From assembly GCA_900317365.1 (NCBI GenBank), contig ONGM01000143.1, positions 38,891 to 102,890 of the forward strand: a stretch of DNA of 64,000 nt, in the 5' to 3' direction. This DNA is from an uncultured Planctomycetota bacterium (GTDB taxonomy: Bacteria > Planctomycetota > Planctomycetia > Pirellulales > Thermoguttaceae). Each line of letters starts with the position of its first letter. Position 1 is the first letter of the stretch. Made by a program: the position numbers and the translations under genes. The notes beneath the pieces are model-generated. The model searched no databases and had not been told where the DNA came from. It saw nothing but the letters and a program-made list of their open reading frames with translations. This document shows, piece by piece, positions 28,901 through 37,639 of this stretch.

Positions 28901-29818
28901 GCGTTCTGTTCCCGAAGACGAACTGAGCCATAGCTCCGTGTTATCAGCCGAAGGGTCAAACGTCGGAACATCTTTGATCGAAGGAACAGGGAGAACGTTT
29001 TCCGGCTTACGCTGGGGTTCCACAAACTCTGGATAATGACGCTGAAGAAGCCATGGTTCAATATCGGCAAAACCGGCGACCTTTAAAACGGCGTTCTCTT
29101 CCCCTAAAAACGCGTCTTGGAGCGCGAGTTCGTAAGCGGAAAACGCTTCGTTGGAAAGGGACTCAGGCGGAATAATTGAACGCAGTTTGGCGGCGCCGAT
29201 CGGAGCATTGGCAATCCAAGGCGAACCATAAGAGACAAGTTGATTCCCGTCGATCGTCGCCGAAGTTCCGCGAACTTTTGCAAGGCTATTCCAGTTTTCG
29301 CCGTTGATAGAAGCAAAAATCTCGACTGCGAGCGGCATGCGGTCGGAATAAGTTCCTTCTCTATCGCGCGAATAAACGACCTTCACGACTTCAACCGGCT
29401 CGTCCCATTCGTACAAGAGCCATTGGGGATTATCGCGCGACGGGATATCGGCGGCGACCCAAGCGGAAGAATTGCCAAACTTACCGTCGTTGATATTTTC
29501 AATCTTGTGAATTTCATACCCGGAAATACACGACGATGCGGCGACTTGTTTAACGTGCTTTCGCGCGAGATTCTGAGAATTGTCCTCGCCAAAAACAAGT
29601 AACTCGTCGATCGCAGGCGCGCCCGACTGTGAACTGTAGATTGCGAATTTGAGAAAACGAACGGAGGTTTTTTCAAATGCAATTTCGTTCTCTTTCTCCG
29701 CGAAAACCTGTCTAAACGTCGTTTCTTCCGCAAAGCACGCGAGCGCGAAGATAAGCGGGAAAAGAATTCCAAAGGCGCGGACAGCGATCGCGTAAATTAC
29801 ATCCAGTTGATTTTTCAT
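25943..29818 (-). CDS. Large secreted multidomain protein: N-terminal discoidin-like modules, beta-propeller-like middle, two C-terminal CxxCH motifs
   Basis: 1291 aa counted from ATG 29818, with the signal-like AIAVRAFGILFPLIFALACFAEE. IENINDGKFGNSSAWVAAD..WLLYEWDEPVEV looks like an F5/8-type-C domain. The repetitive region DGG..F.S / DG..MWTRSEY / WTIRADG resembles a TolB/PD40 propeller. CVGCH lies at 26414..26428 and CVECH at 26264..26278. Confidence 0.7.
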   Translation of the reverse strand: MKNQLDVIYAIAVRAFGILFPLIFALACFAEETTFRQVFAEKENEIAFEKTSVRFLKFAIYSSQSGAPAIDELLVFGEDNSQNLARKHVKQVAASSCISGYEIHKIENINDGKFGNSSAWVAADIPSRDNPQWLLYEWDEPVEVVKVVYSRDREGTYSDRMPLAVEIFASINGENWNSLAKVRGTSATIDGNQLVSYGSPWIANAPIGAAKLRSIIPPESLSNEAFSAYELALQDAFLGEENAVLKVAGFADIEPWLLQRHYPEFVEPQRKPENVLPVPSIKDVPTFDPSADNTELWLSSSSGTERVFNGGSFFLGGLLEQTVSAVFTPDALLLRISGDRFLSENIAMIGTENIPDRAFITLRDDVCEGKVETKVLWKQIDPLDERDAGSETELDGCFNPDANTLQVKIPLQFLPDVKERGFYVGLGIGARRVMPGGRPVHFKPAPFALELAPPNDFSADFEIRLVGTSDEDRVFSINAEDVSVQPGKTTITKVQGEWGYAGPELVCSIVDQKSGDKFRVVGLKYNPSYRPLCQLKDMLERSESRSTELDERDFAKQVRWNGSVNPRYVDSKAILAKLGDQGEAEALIEYFNDLQKRPELSSVETEALACWQLFLDSLKNSARDEDSQRRRESLLATRNLFLRVRLLKRDLFLSNPELESLSHILANKRNPFWPSHNYSDLFDSTWNPGGAVVMIDIPFKDGRLAPEEATARNLVEAGDGVIRNPSQSFDAQKIYYAKRISQNEYYRIFELDLTSGVERRISPPGPFHDFWPTELPDGGLAFVSTRCKKKFICWRPQAFVLHRMDMDGTGLEPLSYANLSEFAPSVCDDGRIMWTRSEYVDKGADYGHTLWTIRADGTSPELTFGNTINLPQGYANGKRVPDSNEVCCVMISHFGDLNGPVALIDLSKGPHDPSAIRSITPEVPWPGYWARSETFREPTPISRDIILVSHAHFDRFGVYLIDRFGNRELLTIDPEIDTICPQPFAPRETPPVTGASADPTLADQKLGYFSVANVYRGLEGQVKPGAAKYLRVCQELPTNLIQLDDGTYQADHEPFMEYYASPVDVLQGAYGWPSYVAKGVLGTVEIEEDGSVDFLVPAEKVLFFELLDENYNEIQRMRSVVQLRPGERRSCVGCHENRLSAPEGGLTKASAGDPQRLVAPPWGAGPFWYERIVQPILNKHCVECHNADTAALASRIIDLTGDRDANKIPNSYRSLIQSGTIHYFDYTWGGGKTTKAAPYTFGVAKSRLFDVLKEAQHDGVNLSPEEEQAIKCWIDLNVPLWGDYQIRRDRK

Positions 29819-30271
29819 AACCGGTTCATCGTCCTTTCTGCATCTTGGAAAACGCACTCTCTCGCTGGCAAACTACGCGCGCAATTCAAATCTGATATTC
29901 GGCGTTCATGGCGTCATTGTAATCGGTCGCGCTAGGAATTTAAAGCATAGAGAAAAGAATTTCTCTATTTGTGGTCGGAGTCTTCACGATATCGGGTTCG
30001 CGCCATGTGCACGACGTGGAGGTTCTCGGGACGCTCTACGAAGAATTCGCGAGCGTGGCCTTCAATTTCAAGCCATTCTACTCTGAATCGCCCGTTTTTC
30101 ATTCTTAGCAAAACCTTTGAAAAGTTCACAAAGCTAAGCGACAGCCAAGACCGCTACAAACAGGAAAGATCGTCTAAGATAGAGTCGTCTAGAATGAGAA
30201 AGATGTGCCGAAATGATCATAGGCGACTCGAAAGCAACCAAAGCAAATTGCATTGCAAGGTCGAAAGCGAC

Positions 30272-30306
30272 GTTTTTAGGAAGCGTTCGAACTATCCTAA
30301 AAACGC
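30272..30306 (-). terminator. Perfect 10-bp inverted repeat just downstream of GH2 gene
   Basis: CGTTTTTAGG-15 nt-CCTAAAAACG, with the loop containing the palindrome GTTCGAAC. There is no clean U-tract outside the stem. Confidence 0.35.
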
Positions 30307-30329
30307 CGCTCCGATGTGAAACGTCGACA

Positions 30330-33017
30330 TTAGTCGGGAATTCGGATCTCGCATGCGGCGTCAGGAAGTTTATCCGACAAAAGCTTAACCTTAACGGTTC
30401 CTCCTCGCGCGCCTTTATTCGAGCGAAGGATTAACGTTGCGGATCCGTAAAACAGCCGATGCGACGCGTCGGCGAAGGAATCGAGATCGATCGGATTGCC
30501 GTTTCCTAGTCCTGCGAGGGTCGCGGCGCCGTTCACTTGCACCGTAATCTGATTCCTTGCCCAAGGACATGGGCGTCCGTCTGTGTCGACCGCCTGAATA
30601 TTGATATAAACGAGGTCGTCGTCGCTTTCGAAAGCGTCTTTCTCGGGGCTTACTTTCAAGGCGGCGACGTCCCCTGCCGTACGAACAGTCGAACGCCCTA
30701 TTTCAACGTCGTTCTGATAGGCGACGACCTCCAAAACGCCCGGTTCGTAAGGAACGTCTTCCCAACGAATACGGTATTTGTCGACGATCCAGTAGTAATC
30801 AGGTAAGTCAAACTCGACTCCTGACGGTTTTTCGAGAGTACGACTCGGATCTTTAGCTCGACGTCCTAACGATTTTCCATTGAGGAAAAGTTCGGCAGAA
30901 TCCCCGCTCGTGTAAACATAGACGGGAACGGTCTCCGGCGTCTTGCCTTCCCAATTCACTTCAGAATTGGAGATTGGAATAATATGGGAGCGGTCTTTTG
31001 GAGTCGGCTTGTAGTCCCAGTTCCAATGCGGGAGAATATGGACGGTCGTATCGCGGCGATTCCAGTAACTTCGATAAAGATAAAAGCGATCCTTGGGCGT
31101 TCCGCATAGGTCGACGATACCGAAATAGCTCGATTTTGCAAAGCGTTCGAAAGGCGCCGGCTCGCCAAGGTAGTCGAAACCAGTCCACACAAACTCGCCG
31201 GCAACGTATCGATCTTGTTCCATTCGATAGAAGTCATAGTCGGGAATGTCGCGCGGACCATTTGCGGATATCAGGTCGTAGCTGTCAACTTGCCAGGAGC
31301 GTTCGTCATATTGGTCCTTTTTTTCCGGATGATTTAGGACGTAATGACCACGCGTAGAAAAAGCGGAAGAGGACTCCGTGTAAACGACGGGAACGTTCGG
31401 ATAACTCTTTCTTCCCTGCCGATATTTAGCGCCATAGTTCCAGCCCATTATGCTCAATGGGGACAGCGAATCGACTTTAGGCGGATTATCGCCTAAAACG
31501 TTTTCCACATAGCAGCCGAGTCCGATGAGGCGCGTTTGATCGTATTTTTTAACCGCTTCACAGAGATGAGCGACGCGTTTTTTGGCGTCTTTGTCAGGAT
31601 TCGAGGCGTCCGCATAGTTGGCTTCAATAGACGCGATTTCATTGCCGATCGACCACGCGCACACGCTCGGACGATTTCGATCTCTGCGGACGAACTGAGC
31701 GGCTTGGCGTTCAGAGAAGTCGAAGAAATCGTCTTTGACAGGGCGCAGACCTGCGGTTCCGTCCCACTTGTCAAAGAGTTCGTCCCAAACAATAAATCCC
31801 ATTTCGTCGCACAGATCCATAAAAGCGGACGAATTCGGATTATGGCTCGTTCGGATAGCGTTGGCGCCCATGTCGCGCATGATTGAAAGCTGACGGCGAA
31901 TCGCGGCGGGATGAGAAGCCGCGCCGATAAGTCCTTGATCATGGTGAAGATCGACGCCGTAAAGTTGGACGCGTCGACCGTTCAGGTAAAATCCGTCGTC
32001 TACGGTGAATTCCGCTTTACGAAAACCAAATGGAATTTGGACGGAATCAATTTCAGCGCCGTCTTTATTGAAAATTATAACGTCAACAAGATACAAATTC
32101 GGTTCGTCGACGTCCCAAAGACGAACTTTGTCAAGTTGCGCAGTCAATTCGAATCGAGGCTCATTGTAAGTTGGCCCGCTGTACTGAACGAATTTCTCTG
32201 CGTCGGAGTCTTGGAGTCGACCAGTACGAAAAGTTACTCCGTCGACTTTCTTTTCGAAAATCGTCTCGCCATTCTCTCTCTTCTCCGTAATGCGAATACC
32301 AACGCTAGCGTCTTTGTACGCGTCTTCGAGGTCGGGGCTCAATCTTATCAGAAGGTCTGCAGAACCTGAAGTTGTGGTCTCCGGTTGAACGTCCGCTACA
32401 ATCCAAACGCTTCCTTCCGGAAGCCACAGTTCGCGGGAGGTTACGATCAGATCAACGTTGCGATAGATTCCGGCGCCAGGATACCAGCGTGAACGATGCT
32501 CGCGCGTATCGCAACGGACTTTGATCAGATTCTCGCCTTCATGAAGGAATGGCGTCGCGTCGACTTGAAATCCGAGGTATCCGTAATCCCAGCCTCCAGC
32601 ATAAACGCCGTTAATCGTTACTTCTGGAAAAGCCATGACTCCGTCAAAGGAAAGAACGTAACGATTCTTCAAATCTTCAGCCGAAAGAGTAAGCGTTTTC
32701 GAATAGACGCCAATTCCGCGCCATGGCAATTTTCCCGTGTGCCCGTCTATAACGGCGTTGAATCCTAATTCTATCGCCCAATCGTGCGGGAGACGAACCG
32801 TCTTCGATTCTTCCGTTTGCTCTGTTGGAGGAACGTCGCCTACTTTAAACGTACGAATCGGTTCCGAACGATAGTTTTTAGGAATAACGCGAGCGAACGT
32901 CCAGTCGTCGTTAAAATTGCGTGTTTCACGTCCGAAAAGATCGCTCGAGAGAGTGAGAGCGCCTATCGACGTCAGGAGTCCTAACCAAAAGAACTTAACA
33001 AATTGTTTCATTACCAT
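30330..33017 (-). CDS. Glycoside hydrolase family 2 (beta-galactosidase/glucuronidase-like), secreted
   Basis: 895 aa with a signal peptide. NFNDDWTF, VRLPHDW, NAIRTSHNP and WSIGNE are clan GH-A/GH2 hallmarks. Confidence 0.85.
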   Translation of the reverse strand: MVMKQFVKFFWLGLLTSIGALTLSSDLFGRETRNFNDDWTFARVIPKNYRSEPIRTFKVGDVPPTEQTEESKTVRLPHDWAIELGFNAVIDGHTGKLPWRGIGVYSKTLTLSAEDLKNRYVLSFDGVMAFPEVTINGVYAGGWDYGYLGFQVDATPFLHEGENLIKVRCDTREHRSRWYPGAGIYRNVDLIVTSRELWLPEGSVWIVADVQPETTTSGSADLLIRLSPDLEDAYKDASVGIRITEKRENGETIFEKKVDGVTFRTGRLQDSDAEKFVQYSGPTYNEPRFELTAQLDKVRLWDVDEPNLYLVDVIIFNKDGAEIDSVQIPFGFRKAEFTVDDGFYLNGRRVQLYGVDLHHDQGLIGAASHPAAIRRQLSIMRDMGANAIRTSHNPNSSAFMDLCDEMGFIVWDELFDKWDGTAGLRPVKDDFFDFSERQAAQFVRRDRNRPSVCAWSIGNEIASIEANYADASNPDKDAKKRVAHLCEAVKKYDQTRLIGLGCYVENVLGDNPPKVDSLSPLSIMGWNYGAKYRQGRKSYPNVPVVYTESSSAFSTRGHYVLNHPEKKDQYDERSWQVDSYDLISANGPRDIPDYDFYRMEQDRYVAGEFVWTGFDYLGEPAPFERFAKSSYFGIVDLCGTPKDRFYLYRSYWNRRDTTVHILPHWNWDYKPTPKDRSHIIPISNSEVNWEGKTPETVPVYVYTSGDSAELFLNGKSLGRRAKDPSRTLEKPSGVEFDLPDYYWIVDKYRIRWEDVPYEPGVLEVVAYQNDVEIGRSTVRTAGDVAALKVSPEKDAFESDDDLVYINIQAVDTDGRPCPWARNQITVQVNGAATLAGLGNGNPIDLDSFADASHRLFYGSATLILRSNKGARGGTVKVKLLSDKLPDAACEIRIPD

Positions 33018-33039
33018 ATCGTACCCTTCACTAAGTCGT

Positions 33040-33927
33040 TTACGATTTCATCGCGCAAGCGGAGTCCTGTTTTGCCTTCCACAAAGGTTCTACGATAACG
33101 CCGAGTAAGATCAGGAAACCGCCAAGGACGTTCGCGACGGTAAAACGTTCTCCTAGCAGTATTACGCTGAATAGCGCGCAAAAAACCGGCTCCAACGCTC
33201 CCATAATCGAACCGATCGTCGATCCGGCGCGACGTATTCCGTAACAAACGAGCGCAAAGGCGGCGTAATTCGTAAGCACGGCGCAAAAGACGTGAATCGA
33301 CCACGCTTTTGCGCCAAGCGTTGGAAGAAGGTACCCTCGCGTTGTTAGACAGTATACGCACAACGTCGCGGATGCAAAGAGAAAGGAGTAGAATTGCGCT
33401 TGAAAAGTCGCGACATTTTTTACAGCGCTATGCCCTGCCAAGAGCGTAACGGCGCCATAAGTCACGCCGGAAAACAGCGCTAAAGCAACGCCGAAAATTG
33501 ACGCGGTCGTCCGTTCGCCGGTCAAGGAAAAAATTCCTATTCCGGAAAGAGCGAGCGCTAATGCGAGCAACGTGCCGATACGCGGGGGTCGACGTTCTAG
33601 CGCCGCTTCTCCGAATGACGCCACGACGGAGTGGCTCATATGTAGAACGGTGCCTATTCCCGCGCCTATCAGCACGTAGGAACCGTTCAATGTAAGCGCC
33701 GTCAAACCTGCGCACAGACCGAGCGCAGAAGCCGCGACGAGAGGACGTAAGCCAATACGGAAACTCTGACGCGTTGCGACCAAAGTTCCCGCAATGAAAG
33801 GAAGAGGAATAACGCAATTCAAAAGAGCAAGCGTCGTCGAATCGCTTCCTAAACGAAAAGCAAGGGGCCCTGCGGCGTCGGACAATCCGTAAAGAAAATA
33901 CGACGTTATCAAAATCAGGTATCCCAT
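33040..33927 (-). CDS. EamA/DMT-family permease
   Basis: About 10 hydrophobic segments with two EamA-like halves, ending GERFTVANVLGGFLILLGVI. The start is set at ATG 33927 (GAAAGGGA RBS) to avoid overlapping the ATPase gene. Confidence 0.75.
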   Translation of the reverse strand: MGYLILITSYFLYGLSDAAGPLAFRLGSDSTTLALLNCVIPLPFIAGTLVATRQSFRIGLRPLVAASALGLCAGLTALTLNGSYVLIGAGIGTVLHMSHSVVASFGEAALERRPPRIGTLLALALALSGIGIFSLTGERTTASIFGVALALFSGVTYGAVTLLAGHSAVKNVATFQAQFYSFLFASATLCVYCLTTRGYLLPTLGAKAWSIHVFCAVLTNYAAFALVCYGIRRAGSTIGSIMGALEPVFCALFSVILLGERFTVANVLGGFLILLGVIVEPLWKAKQDSACAMKS

Positions 33928-34006
33928 TGCGACGTCCCTTTCACAAACGTTAGCGCTCCAAATCGAGTTTCGAATACAGACGATTATAAGAGCGCCAGAC
34001 ATTTGC

Positions 34007-35899
34007 TCAAGACGTTGTTTCCTCGACTCGTCGTCCTTCAATCAACCGCAATGAATTAAGGACAACAAGGAGCGACGACGCATTGTGAACGATCGCGCCG
34101 TAAACAGGGGACAGCGTTCCCGTTAAGGCAAGCGATATGGCGACGGCGTTGACAACGCATGAAAACGTTAGGTTGACTTTAATCGTCCGATAGGTCTTAC
34201 GCGCAAGCTGAATTACATAGGGGACGTCGACAATTCGAGCTTGCGAAAGAACGATATCCGACGCGTCCAGCGCGACGTCCGAACCTACGCCGCCTAGTCC
34301 TGCTCCAACGTCGGCGCATTTTAACGCTAAAGCGTCGTTGACTCCGTCGCCGACCATACAAACGGATTTACCTGCTCTTTGGTACGCTTGAATTTCGCGG
34401 ACTTTCTCCTCTGGTAAGAGTTCGCCGCGAAACGCGTCAAACCCGAGCTTTTCACTGAAAACTCGAACGATCTTTTTCGAGTCTCCTGAAAGAACGACAG
34501 TATCCAATCCAAGAGCTTTAACGGCGTTGATCGTCTTACGAGCCTCTGCGCGTTCTACGTCGATAAGCGCGATAAAACCGACGAGCTTGCCTTCAGTCGC
34601 AACGTAAACGACGCCCTTTCCGATATCGACGCGTTGGAAGTCGGAATCGTTTCTAGCAGGCGTCAAGTCGACTCGTAACGTGTTCATATACCGTTCCGAT
34701 CCAATTTGGTACAAAGCGCCGTTTACGACGCCTTCAACGCCGTTACCGGGCAAATAGGAAAATTTGTCGACGGTCGGAAATCGTAGACCCATTTCCTTCG
34801 CGCGCTGATTTATGGCGCGACCAACGGGATGCTCGGAAAAAGATTCCACGCTTCCCGCTAAGGCGAGAATTTCGGAATCGTCGAAAGCCGAATCGAGGCT
34901 TTTAAACGCGGCGACGGATAACTTTCCCTGAGTTATCGTTCCAGTCTTATCAAAAGCGACAATTTCCACCCTAGCCAAATGCTCAAGCGTGTCGCCGGAT
35001 CGGAATAAAACGCCGCGCCGAGCGGCGGATCCCAACGCGGCGGCGATCGCCGTAGGCGTCGCAAGTACGAAGGCGCAAGGACAAAAAACAATCAACACCG
35101 TCGCCGCTCGCTTTAACCCAAGCCCGCATGCAAAAGCTAGGATCGCTATTGAAACAGCTAAACAGACCAACCAAGCCGCCCAGCGATCCACCAATCGCCC
35201 AACGCGCGTTCGAGTTGGCTCGACTTCTTGCAATAATCGCACAATGCGCTGAATAGAACTGTTGGAATCAACCTTCTCCGCCGTCATATCGAAGCTTCCA
35301 CAACGACTGATACCTCCGCTCAAAACCGGATCGCCTACTCCTTTGTCGACGGGAAAAGACTCGCCGGTCAAAGCTTGCTCGTCGACCGCTCCGTTCCCGC
35401 GAATAATTTTGCCGTCGACCGGTATCGTTTCGCCGGGTAAAACACGGATAATGTCGCCAACTTTGACCTCCGAAGCGTCTACGAGAATCTCTTCGCCCCC
35501 ATTACGAAGTATTCGCGCGCGGCGCGGAGCAAGTTTCGCAAGGTTTTCTATAACGGAACGAGTTTTACGCGTCGTCCTTTTTTCTAGCGTTTCGCCAAGT
35601 CTCATGATGAAGGCGACTTCTCCAGCGGCTAAATATTCGCCGATATACAACGAGGCAATAATAGCAACTAACACTAAAAGCTCTGCGGAGAAAGTGTGAC
35701 TTTTCACCAGTGTTTCAACGACTTCGTGAACGATATAATACGCGCACAATATGGTGGCGACCCATGCGAAATTAAACGACGCGTCTTCTCCTTGGAAAAG
35801 ACTAACGACCAAGGAAATCGCCGAGACGGTCAAGACAACGCCGTCTCTACTCGCGATGAACTCCGAAAGATTTTTAACGATAGAGTAAAGTTTCGTCAT
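34007..35899 (-). CDS. P1B-type heavy-metal P-type ATPase without N-terminal metal-binding domain
   Basis: 630 aa with the TM CPC motif (VFCPCAFVLATP), DKTGTIT, TGES and MVGDGVNDA. The last TM segment reads HNASSLLVVLNSLRL. Confidence 0.9.
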   Translation of the reverse strand: MTKLYSIVKNLSEFIASRDGVVLTVSAISLVVSLFQGEDASFNFAWVATILCAYYIVHEVVETLVKSHTFSAELLVLVAIIASLYIGEYLAAGEVAFIMRLGETLEKRTTRKTRSVIENLAKLAPRRARILRNGGEEILVDASEVKVGDIIRVLPGETIPVDGKIIRGNGAVDEQALTGESFPVDKGVGDPVLSGGISRCGSFDMTAEKVDSNSSIQRIVRLLQEVEPTRTRVGRLVDRWAAWLVCLAVSIAILAFACGLGLKRAATVLIVFCPCAFVLATPTAIAAALGSAARRGVLFRSGDTLEHLARVEIVAFDKTGTITQGKLSVAAFKSLDSAFDDSEILALAGSVESFSEHPVGRAINQRAKEMGLRFPTVDKFSYLPGNGVEGVVNGALYQIGSERYMNTLRVDLTPARNDSDFQRVDIGKGVVYVATEGKLVGFIALIDVERAEARKTINAVKALGLDTVVLSGDSKKIVRVFSEKLGFDAFRGELLPEEKVREIQAYQRAGKSVCMVGDGVNDALALKCADVGAGLGGVGSDVALDASDIVLSQARIVDVPYVIQLARKTYRTIKVNLTFSCVVNAVAISLALTGTLSPVYGAIVHNASSLLVVLNSLRLIEGRRVEETTS

Positions 35900-35914
35900 T
35901 GTTTATCTCCAATC

Positions 35915-35964
35915 TATACCCTACCAGGGTATAGTATATTATACGTCGATCAAAAAATTGACAA
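35915..35964 (-). promoter_or_regulatory. Promoter (perfect TATAAT) with a perfect 8-3-8 palindrome operator TATACCCT-ACC-AGGGTATA over the predicted TSS
   Basis: The palindrome is at 35915..35933, the -10 TATAAT at 35938..35943 (minus strand), and a candidate -35 TTGTCA at 35959..35964 with a short 15-nt spacer. The palindrome resembles CsoR-type operators as I remember them. Confidence 0.5.
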
Positions 35965-36179
35965 GATAAAAAAGACAAATCGACTGATTTTTTGCGAAAA
36001 CGCTTCAGATCAGCTTAAGTCCGATCATGCGCAGTTGCACGACAAATCAACATGTTGAATAGAATCGCCATATTCCTTATAATAACCGCTGGGTCGTTTG
36101 GAGCGTTTTCGCGGCGCGCGACGATTCATAGACCCGATTACTCGCTTTGTCATTGCATGAATCAATAAACGAGGAACTG

Positions 36180-37613
36180 ATGAGCGCAAAATCACAAATT
36201 TCCGTCGGTTTGTACGGTATTGGACTCGATACCTATTGGCCGCAATTTGAAGGACTCCACGACAGGCTTGTTGGTTATCAGTCTCGAGTTGAGCAAAAAT
36301 TACGGGCGTTAGGCGCCAACGTCGTCAACGTCGGACTCGTTGACTCTCCTCAGAAAGCAAATGAAGCCGCCGCGATTTTCCAAAAAGAAGACGTCGAAAT
36401 CATCTTTCTATACGTCTCGACGTACGCGCTCTCATCGACCGTCTTGCCGGTCGTCCAGAAACTAAAGAAGCCTGTCGTCGTGTTGAATTTGCAACCGACC
36501 TCAAGAATAGACTACAAGACCTTTAACTCTCTTGGCGATCGCACAAAAATGACCGGAGAATGGCTCGCCAATTGCCAGGCGTGTAGCGTTCCCGAAATTG
36601 CCAACGCCTTTTTGAGGGCGGGAATCAATTTCTTTCAAATCACCGGAGTCTTGGAAGACGACCCCATTGTCGACGCTAAAATGAACGATTGGATCGACGC
36701 CGCTCGAGTCGCCGTAACGATGAAATCGAGTCGCGTCGGCCTAGTCGGACATTACTATAACGGTATGCTCGACGTCTATTCCGATTTGACGAAACTCTCC
36801 GCTCAAATAGGTTCGCACTTTGAGATCCGCGAATTTGGAGAGATCCTTGAACTCCGCAAACAGGTCAATGAATCGGAAATTGACGAGCGCGTAGAACTCA
36901 TTCGCGAGGAATTTGACGTTCAGCCCGACTGCTCAACCTTTGAACTCCGTCGAGCGGCTCAAACGGCGGTGGCGCTCTCAAAGTTCGTCTCGATTCATGA
37001 TCTGCAAGCGCTCGCTTATTTCTACAACGGACACGGGGACGAAGAGTATCAAGACCTCATTGCGTCCGTTATTATTGGCAACTCGCAACTCACCGCTCGC
37101 AACGTGCCCGTTGCCGGCGAGTATGAAGTTAAAAATTGCCTCGCGATGAAGATTATGGACACGTTTGGAGTCGGCGGGGCATTTTCCGAATTTTACGCGC
37201 TTGATTTCGACGACGACGTCGTTATGCTCGGGCATGACGGTCCATGCCATCCGAAAATCGCGCAAGGTAAGACTAAGATCAAGCCGCTTCTCGTATACCA
37301 CGGTAAAGTCGGCGCCGGACTAAGCGTCGAGACGTCTGTAAAGCACGGCGACGTTACGCTCCTCTCCGTTGTCGACGCGCCCGACGGGAACGTCAAACTG
37401 CTCGTTGCGGAAGGCGTCTCCGTTCCGGGGCCGATTCTTGAGATCGGCAATACGAATAGTCGCTATCGCTTCTCGATCGGCGCGCGAGAATTCGTCGACG
37501 CCTGGTCGAAGCGCGGACCGTCGCACCATTGCGCAATCGGCGTAGGACACATCGCCGACAAACTTCAAATCTTGGCGAATATTCTCGGCGTTGAATTTAT
37601 TCGCGTTTCATAA
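36180..37613 (+). CDS. L-arabinose/L-fucose isomerase superfamily sugar isomerase
   Basis: It is collinear by eye with E. coli AraA: VGLYGIG...FLYVSTYA..VLNLQP...AGEYEVK...LGHDGP...GPSHHCAIGVGH. The start is set at ATG 36180 after a GAGGA. Confidence 0.65.
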   Translation: MSAKSQISVGLYGIGLDTYWPQFEGLHDRLVGYQSRVEQKLRALGANVVNVGLVDSPQKANEAAAIFQKEDVEIIFLYVSTYALSSTVLPVVQKLKKPVVVLNLQPTSRIDYKTFNSLGDRTKMTGEWLANCQACSVPEIANAFLRAGINFFQITGVLEDDPIVDAKMNDWIDAARVAVTMKSSRVGLVGHYYNGMLDVYSDLTKLSAQIGSHFEIREFGEILELRKQVNESEIDERVELIREEFDVQPDCSTFELRRAAQTAVALSKFVSIHDLQALAYFYNGHGDEEYQDLIASVIIGNSQLTARNVPVAGEYEVKNCLAMKIMDTFGVGGAFSEFYALDFDDDVVMLGHDGPCHPKIAQGKTKIKPLLVYHGKVGAGLSVETSVKHGDVTLLSVVDAPDGNVKLLVAEGVSVPGPILEIGNTNSRYRFSIGAREFVDAWSKRGPSHHCAIGVGHIADKLQILANILGVEFIRVS

Positions 37614-37639
37614 TTACGAAAGGTCGAAGAGGTTTCACG

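Noticed and set aside
29969-30319. 116-aa + strand ORF in the spacer upstream of the giant protein gene
   Set aside because: It has a TTG start, a Ser/Arg-rich composition, no RBS and no recognisable similarity, so it is probably non-coding.
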